Source: Tubulanus polymorphus
Taxonomy: Eukaryota > Animalia > Nemertea
DNA length: 64,000 bases
Direction: 5' to 3'
Assembly (NCBI RefSeq): GCF_964204645.1
Contig: NC_134028.1
Location: 8,556,001 to 8,620,000, forward strand
Part shown: piece by piece, positions 10,889 to 64,000 of the stretch
How the letters are laid out: each line of letters opens with the position of its first letter
Position numbering within the stretch: position 1 is the stretch's first letter
The notes under the pieces: generated by a model
Told to the model about the DNA's origin: nothing
The model's database searches: none
The model's input: only the letters and a program-made list of their open reading frames with translations
Made by a program: the position numbers and the translations under genes

Positions 10889-13800
10889 ATGGCGGAATTC
10901 TGCGATGTCCGTCTCGCTCGAATTATCGTACTTGGAATATCATTCATGTTGATCTTTACTGCATTTAAAACATGTTGTATGATTGAGGTAATTAAATTGA
11001 AATACATAAATGCACTGAATTTTCTAGGTATGGTTTCATTTGGCAATCGGTTAATCCTAATTACTTATGGGTCAGGTTCCACGTTTATGGGCTTTGCTTC
11101 TGGACCACACTTGATTCGTATTTCATTTCGACAATTACTGTTGTGAATATAATATTGATCCTTGATCAACGGTTGACTACGGTTTAATGCTAAATCCACG
11201 TAGCTTGGATCCTTGTTCACAGGTGTGGAGTTAATTCCAGATTGACAGTTGCAGGTTTGATTTTGCTAAATCAATGTGACCCTCGTTGTAGTAGTAGCGA
11301 GTTTATCTTGACGGGACATTTTCGGGAGTTGTATCCGTCATAAAGCAAGTTTGATTTGATACTTGATTTCCACCAGGTAGTTTGACGGTTGTGGACACCC
11401 CGGTAGTTTCTATCACAGTTGTTGGTGAGATTAGGTTTCATTTTGTAGCAAACGGTAATCGAAGGAGCAATAAACGAACCAAACAGTACATTCCATTATA
11501 TTTCTTAGACCTAGACGTTTATAGCCCGAACCTATTACTTAGGTCCATAGATGAATAAGAATAACAAGTAGTCGAGGTTAAGCCGTATATTTTCTAATTA
11601 ATTTCAGTTTTATGGACGGCGCAAGGAAGTTACTTGACTATCAATTCTGATTCTGCTACAATTCCGATAACAAGTGGCATCTTCTGGGCGTTGTACCAGA
11701 CCAGGTGGGCGCTGTTAAGGATTCGTTTTTGAGAGTAAACAAAATAAAAGAAATTGATGCAGTATCATTGAATACAGTTCATACGGTTAAAATTCTTCCA
11801 GAATCTCATTGTATTAAATTAGGCAGCCAGAAAAATTCATCCCAATCAGTCGCTTGCCGGTTCAGACTGAATGGAAGATTGTTTGGATGAACCGGAACCG
11901 AATTTCCAATTATGTACTTCGATTTAAAAATATTCTGTTAACTCGACCGCCGATCACACATCTATATCTGTACTTCGATTTCCGATTTCAAAATCAAACC
12001 CCCTGTTTCGCTCCCGGCAGGTGTGGTGGGTCTGTAAGGGACACTCAATCGAAAAATCAAACAAAATTTACCAGCCAAATAAATAAATAATGGGGACAAT
12101 CCCTATTTTAAGATCAAAAGAAAAAAAAAAAAAAAAAGATTCGTAACGGCCTTCACTCTGTTCGATGGCTATGGAGAGCACAAGGATCACAGGACTCTGT
12201 GCAACTGAAGAAGAGCTCGGTGAATAAAGTCTTACATTGTGAATGAACATGTTCTCTCTCTCTTTTTCAGTTTGTTGTTCGGAAACCTTTACGTCTATTT
12301 TACATTCAAAGGCAATATAACGGTGGATGCCGAAACTAGGACCACGTTATTTTCAGTATTTACAGCAGTTTGCGTGGCGGGCGTTTTAACATTCACCATA
12401 TTATTTAGTTTGAAAGATCGAATTAACAACGTTGAATCTGCACAATTGGAAGACGCAATTAATTCAGTGTATGACTTCCTTCAGTGTATGACTCTTTTCA
12501 ATATAAAATGTATATTTGATAAATATGATAATTTCGTTCGTTCCACAGCGAACAAGACGACCGCAGTCCAGGCCCAGTACAAGCCCTCAGTGAGTTCACA
12601 TCATTCATTCCCTCTCGAATGCTGGCTAACTGCATCTATTTCTTGCTTTTTCTTTATGTTTACTTTACAGAAAAATCATTTCAGTTATTCCTAACAGGAC
12701 GTATGATGCTGCTTAGTATTACATTTGGATTCACAGGTATGAATATACTTATTATCATTTATTTTTGTTTTCATCACGATCGTCTTTTTGAAAATACCTA
12801 TTCCGGAGATGTTAGATATAGAGTAACCCTCGCATTCAGCGTCTGAATGCGAGGTCTGTTGTTATACGCTGGTAGAAAGTTCAAGTAACCGAACATCTAT
12901 AAAAGCAATAACGACATGAATCTCATTTCCTAAATGAGAATGAACGGACATTTTTGGGATCATACCTCCGTCAGAACTGTCCCCCTTTACATTACTATCA
13001 ACAATTCTTTTTTTCATTTCGATATTCCAGGTCTTACGCTCACATTCTGCAGTGGTGTTTACGGTACAAGTATCGGTCATTCGAAACGGTTTGGTACCGA
13101 TGCTAAAGGTCTGATCGGAATTTGTGGAATATTCATCGGAGCTGGTGAAATTTTCGGTAATCATTTCGTAAACAATCTTCGACATTTTTGAAAAATGAGC
13201 TCATATTTCTTTCTGTGTACACCAGGCGGCGCTCTATTTGGTTTATGCGGTAAATGGATGAGACGATTTGGCAGAGATCCGATCATAGTGTTTGGTTTTC
13301 TCGTAAATATAACTATGTATTATCTGATATTTTTGAATCTTCCACAAATGTCGCCCATCGAGGAAACACACGGTGATGTGTATGTGAATTTCGGGTGAGT
13401 ATTCGATTTTTTTCATAAAGCACCCTCTCGCAATGCCAAGAACGTTTTATCTATATTTCATATATTTCTATATACATTGATTATGTTCTATATACATTAT
13501 TTTTCAAAGTCAAATTGACGGAAAGGACAGCTCGAGTATCGTAACTGTCTTATAGATTCTATAATTGGAAAGACAATCTCTACCAAATCTTGAAACGGAA
13601 TCTATTTTCAGATACTATTCGAAGTATCTGGCGGTAATGTGTGGATTTTTAGCGGGTTTGGGTGACAGTAGCTATAATACGCAGGTATATTTATAGAAAG
13701 CAGTATCAAAATTACATCGAGCACTTTCTATGTTATCACTTTGCGAAAACGATAAATTAGAATAAGATCATCAAATTAACCGTAACATAAACGCTTTCCA

Positions 13801-14656
13801 ATCACTTGATTTGGTATTTTTCAGGTTTATTCCATTCTCGGGGCATTGTATCCTGATGACAGTGCGCCTGCATTTGCTCTTTATAAATTTGTTCAGGTAA
13901 CGTTCACCCTACACAAATACTCATTTATTTCTTTCGGTTTCCAAATCATTTAAATCAGCAAAGCTTTTCTAACTGCGATGAAAATCTTCAAAACTTTCGA
14001 ATGAGGGCGAGATAAAAAATATCAAAAGTTAGAAGTTACATGGCGAATTAGATGCGTGTTGCGTTTTTCGTTTGAAGCTGTTGAGATATTTCTATTTTTG
14101 TCTAGTCTTTGTTCGCTGCTGCCGGCTTTTTCTACAGCACAGTCCTAGAGCTTCAATTTCAGCTGTTGATTTTGGTCATAGGAACAACTTCAGCAACTCT
14201 GTCATTCATCGCAGTCGAATGGTCAACAATAAAAACGATTCGCAGTGAGTTTGAATAACAGGGGTTGTCGATAAAAATAAAATTGTATATACCAAAGTCT
14301 GTATATTCTTTGCTTTGATCAATTCGAGGTATATTCGTACTTCCCGCCAAGTAATTCGTTCAAAGTGCGTGTTAAAACAGTTGTATTATAAGTATACCAC
14401 TTTCAACGGTAGAACGTATGAAATTGTCTATGTTTGAATGAAACTACATGTATTTTGTTAGACGAAACATATTGAGCAATATAAGCAATGAAAATAGATG
14501 GCAAATGATAATTAATCGGTTATGCACCCAAAGCCATTTGGTATTAGCCTGGGATTGGAAAAAGATTTTTGAAAAATTGCAGATAAGCCGCCGCAGAGTG
14601 AAATGCTAATGCCGGACGTCAGTAAAGGACAAGCAACCGAACAAACTGAGGTGTGA
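10889..14656 (+). pseudogene. MFSD11: MFSD11 paralog copy C with internal deletion (end of exon 2, exons 3-4)
   Basis: Exon 2 starts at 11449 (QTVIEGAINEPNSTF), diverges and hits TAG at 11506-11508, then intron-4 sequence and exon 5 follow; exons 5-14 look open. Confidence 0.75.
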
Positions 14657-14859
14657 AGAATCCACCGTCACAAGCATCAAGTCAAAATTGCAGCGTTTTT
14701 ACTTTATAAGGAGGCTCATTATAGGGGAAATGCTAAGGACTATTAACTGTGATATAAGTAATTTGAGTAATACAAATGGTAATGAATCTTTAGTAGAGCA
14801 ATATAGTATCTTAATCTGATACAGTGTGGGCAAGGATAGTAACCATAGTAATTTGCTAG

Positions 14860-14965
14860 TAATATGTATTACTTTAAAGTAAGCGAGAGTAATATGAAGT
14901 AATATGTAGAGACAGATAGTAATGTATAGTAATATGAAGTAATATGGAGTAATCCATGGTAATCT
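14860..14965. repeat. Degenerate (AGTAATATGA)n-like minisatellite
   Basis: Repeated agtaatatg / agtaatgtat units. Confidence 0.6.
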
Positions 14966-15920
14966 ATAAAACGAAGTCACTTTTTACTGGAGGCGAAGCT
15001 CTAAACAGCACGAGCGCCGAAGGCGGGACGCCCAAAATGGGGTCTGGGTGTCATCCCCCAGAAGGGATAGTAAAAAGAAGTGTTAAAATGTATTATGAGA
15101 GATTCTGTATAGCACAAATCGTTGTACTGTAGCAGTAAGGAAGTTCTAAGTATTTCTTTTTATTGCAACTGGATATGAGAATTTAGATTTTACAAAAAGA
15201 CTTTCAAATTCCATCCTTGCGAATGTGGCTACGCACTCTGGGTATGAATTAGAGCCAGAGGAGTGAGTTGGTCCTGGTCCATTGATGATCTCATGAAATT
15301 GTCTGACGTCGCCTCATGCTGACGCTATTTCATTTCAGACCTCGTTTTGCTCGTTTTTATGTTTGCGGAAATAATATTCTTTCATTTTATGACATATGTT
15401 ATAATCGTCTATGTTTGGTACCATATTGTGGAATATTTTGTTACATTTTTGATTCTGTTTTGTGCTTATTTCATTATACCATATTTCCTTATTGTTCTAT
15501 TAATTTGTAATAATTCTGTTCACCGATTTGTTTGACTTCTGAATTTGGTTTATATATGTTTCATTCTGTAATGTTGTCGCTTGTCGACCTGGGAGATTTA
15601 TTAGGTTATAATAAATCGCTTGTCATATCCATATATCCAAAGCTTCTTGTTTGAATTGTATTGACATCGGACATGGAACAACGCCTTACACAGTCTATGT
15701 ACTTCATAATCTATCATTTTGTATGGTTGAAAATGGGGGAAAAAACTAATCTAAAGAGAAAAAAAGAAAATAAAGGGTACCAAGTAAATAGGATGCGCAC
15801 GACCTCCGTGCTTTTACTAAATCCACCCCTGTTGTTCGAATGATTGTGTTTCTGTTTGTTCTCTGAAATTCCGGCATCTCTGGACCAGGTAGGGCATGAC
15901 CTGGCTGTTGAATTTGGTTT

Positions 15921-18900
15921 GCGTCACGGCCTATCTTGGGACTGGTTGTGCTTCACGATTCGATATGAATAAGTTTTTTTAAGAAGAGGTGTTTTTCGGT
16001 ATCGTCTGATTCAATACGGTCAGAAATTTAGAAAATAATCCAAAGACATCTTCAGAAAGTTACAGTCAATAACAGGATATTTCCAATCTTTTTGAGGCGC
16101 CTTCCTTAAAGTGACGTATATTTTTTAAACTGTAACTGTATCCGATTGTTGCAGCCGAGAAGAATAAAATAAACACCATTAGAAAAAAGAACTTGTCACC
16201 TTTCTAACGATACATGACTTAAATTTTTGAAGCATAAGAGGGATGGACTACAATGAATCGCACTAAAGGTTTTAAGTTTTAAAAAAATGTGAAAATCTGT
16301 CCAACAATGCGGGGCCTGTGGGATCGCTTCAAAATGGCGCCTGGAAACTAGAAACTTCCCTATTCTACACAAGCAATAGAAACTGGGCATGTATCGACAC
16401 AATATCTATAAAGCCTTTCTAAGCCTAAACAAAATTATTCTATTTCCTTCAGCAACCTATACAAATTACTTAAGCCTTGGGGGACGAACCGAGGGTCAAT
16501 CAATATCAAGACACTTAAGATATGTAGATATTGGGGTTAAGTAAAATCCTAGAATATTCGGCAGAAATCTATGGTGGCTGATAAGGGCCATAGCGTAAAA
16601 TTGCTGGTATGTAAATGAGGGCGCCAGAACGCCAGAACGCCAAAACGAAAATAACGTCCAATTTTCTCTAAAAGTTCGTTTTGGCGCGCCAAAACAAAGA
16701 AAATTCCGTTTTGGCGCCCCCGCCAAAACGAACTTTCGTTTTGGCGCCCGTCCAATTTTCTCTGAAAGTTCGTTTTGGCGCGCCAAAACGGAGAAAATTC
16801 CGTTTTGGCGACCCCGCCAAAACGAACTTTCATTTTGGCGCCCCCGCCAAAACGAACTTTCGTTTTGGCGCCCCCGCCAAAACAACGAAAAACGTCGAAA
16901 TTTCTCTGAAAGTTATGGTGGCTGATAAGGGCCATAGCGTAAAATTCCTGGTATGTAAATGAGGGCGCCAGAACGCCAGAACGCCAGAACGCCAAAACGA
17001 AAAAAAAACGTCCAATTTTCTCTAAAAGTTCGTTTTGGCGCGCCAAAACAAAGAAAATTCCGTTTTGGCGCCCGCGCCAAAACAACGAAAAACGTCCAAT
17101 TTTCTCTGAAAGTTCGTTTTGGCGCGCTAAAACGGAGAAAATTCCGTTTTGGCGCCCCCGCCAAAACGAACTTTAATTTTGGCGCCCCCGCCAAAACAAC
17201 GAAAAACGTCGAAATTTCTCTAAAAGTTCGTTTTGGCGCGCCAAAACAACGAATATTCCGTTTTGGCACCCCCGCCAAAACGAACTTTCGTTTTTGCGAC
17301 CCCGCCAAAACAACGAAAAACGTCCAATTTTCTCTGAAAGTTATGGTGGCTGATAAGGGCCATAGCGTAAAATTCCTGGTATGTAAATAAGGACGCCAGA
17401 ACGCCAGAACGCCAGAACGCCAAAACAAAAAAAAACGTCCAATTTTCTCTAAAAGTTCGTTTTGGCGCGCCAAAACAAAGAAAATTCCGTTTTGGCGCCC
17501 TCGCCAAAACAACGAAAAACGTCGAAATTTCTCTGAAAGTTCGTTTTGGCGCGCCAAAATGGAGAATATTCCGTTTTGGCGCCCCCGCCAAAACGAACTT
17601 TAAACCACGTAAAATAATTCTATATATACGTAAAATATTTTCATATATGCAAATTTATGCAAATTACACACAAGATCAACGCGCCAAATTGAAAAATAAT
17701 TTTACTGTGGTTGAATGCTTGTTTTGGCGGGGGCGCTTAAATGAAAGTTCGTTTTGGCGGCGGCGCCAAAACGAACTTTCAGAGAAAATTGGACGTTTTT
17801 CGTTGTTTTGGCGGGGGCGCCAAAACGAAAGGTCGTTTTGGCGGGGGCGCCAAAATGAAAGTTCGTTTTGGCGGGAGCGCCAAAACGGAATTTTCTTTGT
17901 TTTGGCGTGCCAAAACGAACTTTTAGAGAAAATTGGATGTTTTTTTCGTTTTGGCGTTCTGGCGTTCTGGCGCCCTCATTTACATACCAGGAATTTTACG
18001 CTATGGCCCTTATCAGCCACCATAGCATTTGGTCAAAGGACGACAAATGAAAATACTCATCAGACTTGGCCAACTTCAACAAGATCAGTGGACACATCAG
18101 CGAAGGTCATTCTCGAAGAGACCCACATTAGAGCTGATAAGAAAGTTAGAACACCCAGACACTTACGAATATCTTTATTCTCGTTGAACATTGAACGTTT
18201 CCGCAAATGACTTAGCGTCACGGCCTATCTCGGGACTGGTCGTGCTTCACGATTCGATATGAATAAGTTTTTTAGGAAGAGGTGTTTTTTAGTTACGTCT
18301 TATTCAATAAGGTCAGAAATTTAAAAAATAATCCCAAAAAATCTTTAGAATTTAGAAAATTGCCATGAAAATAGCGTAGTACGCGTATGTAGAAAAATCG
18401 ACGGTCGCGTGCGCATTGCGCTTGACTCAACCGGTGGCCACGCGCGATTCTATGAAGATATTTTTAAGAAAGTAGGATCAACAAAATCTTTAGATAAAAC
18501 TCTATCCTCAATGAAAAATTCTACATTGTATCTCAAAACATGAAATAACACAAAATTACCGATCTTTTTGAGGCGCCCTCCTTAAAGTGACGTATATTTT
18601 TTAAACTGTAACTGTATCCGATTGTTGCAGCCGAGAATAATAAGATAAACACCATCACAAAATAGAAATTGTCACCTTTCTAACGATACATGACTTAAAT
18701 TTTTGAAGCAAAAGAGGGATGGACTACAATGAATCGCGCTAAAGGTTTTTAGTTTAAAAAATATGAAAATCTGTCCAACAATGCGGGGCCTGTGGGACCG
18801 CTTCAAAATGGCGCCTGGAAACTAGAAACTTCCCTATTCTACACAAGCAATAGAAACTGGGCATGTATCGATACAATATCTATAAAGCCTTTCTAAGCCT

Positions 18901-19411
18901 AAACAAAATTATTCTATTTCCTTCAGCAACCTATACAAATTACTTAAGCCTTGGGGGACGAACCGCGGGGTCAATCAATATCAAGACACTTAAGATATGT
19001 AGATATTGGGGTTAAGTAAAATCCTAGAATATTCGGAAGAAATCCGTTATAGGTACATGTAGTTTAGGAGCCTTAGGCTTTAGTGACCTTCGGGGGATTA
19101 TATTCTCGGAAGGGGGAAGGAAAAAATAATAGTGATAATCCGGAGGAAATCAATAGGGTTTTCTGTGAAACGGAAGAAAACCCTAATTACAGGGAAGCCA
19201 AGTGATTTATTCCAATACCGTCCGCATTTGGTCTAAGGACGACAAATGAAAATACTCGTCAGACTTGGCCAACTTCAACAAGATCAGTGGACACATCAGC
19301 GAAAGTCATTCTCGAAAAGACCCACATTAGAGCTGATAAGAAAGTTAGAACACCCAGACACTTAGGAATATATTTATTCTCGTTGAACATTGAACGTTTC
19401 CGCAAATGACT
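15921..19411. repeat. Direct tandem duplication: unit A 15921-18212 (carries the foldback element), unit B 18215-19411
   Basis: gcgtcacggcctatc at 15921 and 18215; ~16088-16569 matches ~18563-19044; 18025-18211 matches ~19224-19411. Confidence 0.9.
16570..18024. mobile_element. Foldback non-autonomous transposon, same TATGGTGGCTGATAAGGGCC TIR family as 9210-9378, with internal GC-rich palindromic minisatellite
   Basis: Left end repeated at 16570, 16914 and 17342; arrays of ttttggcg..cgccaaaacgaac; AT-rich spacer ~17600-17720; inverted right arm ends ..gccaccata at 18024. Confidence 0.85.
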
Positions 19412-19439
19412 AGTCAGTTAAAATGTAACATCATATTAT

Positions 19440-20100
19440 ATAACTGACACTAACTATTCTTGACATGGCGCTGATAGCGACAAATACGCAAGTATCCAAC
19501 ATCAGAACTGTCTCTCTTACAATCAACCATTCTTCATTTTCGAATCTATTTGAAGTATATTCGTACATCCCGCCAAGTAATTCGTTCAATCTGCGTATTA
19601 AAACAGTTGTATATAAGTATTCACATTAATCTATCGCAAGTACGTGTGATGTTAATGTTTTTATAGAATTATTTTCTGAAAAGGAACAAATTGAGTAAAA
19701 TACGGAATAGTGATTAATGGTAAAGAATAATTAATTGGTTGTGCACCCAAAGCCATAATTGGAATAAACCTGTGATTGGAAAAAGCAGCACCTACTTACA
19801 TTTGAATTTGTAACTGTAACTGTAAATTATTAGTTCATATTTTAGATGAAAATGGGTTTTTGAAAAATTGCAGATAAGCCGCCGCAGAGTGAAATGCATA
19901 TGCCTGCCGATATTGGACAAGCAACCGAACAAACGGAGGTGTGAAGACTCCCCGTCACAAGCTTTAAGTCAAAATTGCACTGTTTCAATTTTTCTAGTAT
20001 ATGAGGTGGCTCATTATAGGATACAAATGCTGAGCACTCTTGACTGATAACTGTGATATTAGTAATTTGAGTAATATAAATGGTAATGAATTTTTTTAGT
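19440..20100 (+). pseudogene. Collapsed fourth MFSD11 copy (5' leader, intron piece, last intron, terminal exon 19874-19944, 3' flank)
   Basis: Blocks match the copy B leader, the intron before exon 9, and ~14330-14790; the exon reads KPPQSEMHMPADIGQATEQTEV*. Confidence 0.8.
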
Positions 20101-20269
20101 AGAAGTATCTCATTTATAATGTTTTATAATAGAAACCTGCATCTAAACATTAAAATGTTGTTGTTATGTTTAAAACAATAAAAACCGTAGAGGTTTGTCA
20201 AAGATAGAATTTTTCAATTAAATCCATACGGACATTATATCAGCAAGGTCCACCAGAATACTAGAAGTG

Positions 20270-20526
20270 CAGGGTCCAATCTAAGAACTTGTCCGATTGC
20301 CCGGGACAAGTATATTCTAATCAGGGCAAGTAGGTTATCATTATAACTTGTCTCCCGGGCTAGTGCAATTTTATGTCACAAAGCTTTTTCCCCACTCGAT
20401 ACAACGGATGATAGTGCCACCAATCGGACTCCCTGTGTAGGGCAAGTAGCTTTTGGAGGCGGCAAGCGAAATTTCAGATATGCTTGCCCTCGGGCAAGTG
20501 GCCTTCATTCCTTAGATCGAACCCTG
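20270..20526. mobile_element. hAT-like MITE with 6-bp TSD GAAGTG
   Basis: cagggtccaatctaag / cttagatcgaaccctg TIRs, internal gggcaagt repeats, gaagtg on both flanks. Confidence 0.8.
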
Positions 20527-21039
20527 GAAGTGTAGTTTTCCGTGCGGGCGTTCTACCACAAGGTCCTTTCGAAAGAACTTTCTGAAAAGTTTAGCCAGTT
20601 GAAGTTCGATTTTTTATACTTCAAAACTCCTGCACTTGATTTCAAAGTTGGTAAGAGAGATAAGGTAAGATAAGATAATCTTATTACCCTCCTTCAATCC
20701 CTTGACGATTAATTTTAATTTTAAATTCCTTGAAATTAATATACATAGGATTATCACTTATTTTGAAAACTGTCTCTTGTGCAACTGGTCAGCGGAGAAT
20801 GCTCTCAACTATGCATAAATTTAGATAAAGGACAGACCGCAGTCATCAAAATTTTTTTTAAACTCTGGAAAGCCAAGAGCTAGCATATTTATCATTTAGA
20901 TACAGTTACAGAAATTTCGAATTTCCGGTTGAAAAGGAATCTGCACGGAAGTTGTCGATTTTGCCACATTTTTATTAGAATCTTAGAAATTGATTTAGAG
21001 TCAGGCGAAGTTGTTGGGTCGTGTTGTGTATGGTTCGTC

Positions 21040-21260
21040 ATCCGGCGCCGGGATAAACCCGGGATAAACCCGCACACCCGGGACTCGAACCCGATTGACG
21101 TGTGTGTTGTTTACGGAAGTCGACAGTAGAAGGCGTGCCGGTGTCACGTGATCGCTAGGCTGTGAGTCTGAGTTCAATAGTGTGTCATTCATTCAGTATT
21201 CAGTTCAAAGCACCGTTACCAGTACTGGACGCAAAGGACGCGCGCTGATACCCTCCCGTT
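21040..21260 (+). promoter_or_regulatory. Candidate myosin promoter/TSS region
   Basis: CpG-rich island with CACGTG at ~21145 and Inr-like TCAGT at ~21193 and ~21200, ~190 bp before the ATG. Confidence 0.35.
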
Positions 21261-21388
21261 CGACACGAATAGAATGTCAATTTGTATGTGTGCTCGTGTG
21301 TTTTTATAATTCTCGCGAGATAAGTGCTTTTTTCAAGTTGGAATATAACACAAGATTTGTAGTGTAGGAATTATTATTAGCATTCAAA

Positions 21389-63642
<42,254 letters not shown>

Positions 63643-64000
63643 GTAAATACCAATCATAATTCATCCTGTAGACCTCGCCTTCACCTTGTGTATATATGTT
63701 CCAGAATATTGAGCCAATCTTGCACATTGAACCTAGGACTCTACTTGGTATAGGCGTTTACCGTACAAGCGTATCACTGTCGTACTATATATCTTAAAAC
63801 CATCCATATGAAAAGTTATGAATATAATCACTTGCCGGTAGATCATAAAAGTGCCAGCAGCTTTCATTGAAAAAATGGGTTGTGTTTGGAAGTTTTCAGC
63901 AAAAATCCTTTACTTAATTATCTCGAAATCACGATAACAGATGGCTGCCCTGGCAATTGAATAGTTTGTTTAAACTAGGTGCCCACTGACCTGGAAAACC

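Noticed and set aside
15100-15900. Possible Penelope/LINE relic on the minus strand
   Set aside because: Only compositional hints; no diagnostic motif recovered
16620-17600. CRISPR-like palindromic repeat array
   Set aside because: No unique spacers, no cas genes, eukaryotic context, bounded by transposon TIRs
16496-18210. Many overlapping repetitive ORFs (FWRGRQN.., GAPKR..)
   Set aside because: Translations of the stop-poor palindromic minisatellite on both strands

Overview
AT-rich, intron-rich animal (invertebrate-like) genomic DNA; nothing prokaryotic or CRISPR-like. All exon models, repeat boundaries and family calls were read by eye. 1-20.1 kb: a cluster of UNC93-like MFS transporter (MFSD11) paralogs. 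Copy A (+) is 5'-truncated by the window, copy B (-) looks intact with 14 coding exons, and copy C (+) has lost exons 3-4 and has a stop in exon 2. There is also a collapsed fourth copy (19.4-20.1 kb), an orphan exon fragment, LINE relics, a ~1.2 kb tandem duplication, and two members of a TATGG-ended foldback transposon family rich in TTTTGGCGC motifs. 21.4-64 kb: a non-muscle myosin II heavy chain gene (zipper/MYH9/10-like) running off the right edge. It has a probable U12-type intron, candidate loop-1 alternative exons, and many MITEs and SINEs, including three CAG-ended elements with 6-bp target-site duplications (TSDs). I found no clearly new biological system; the best leads are the divergent MFSD11 expansion and the 6-bp-TSD transposon families.
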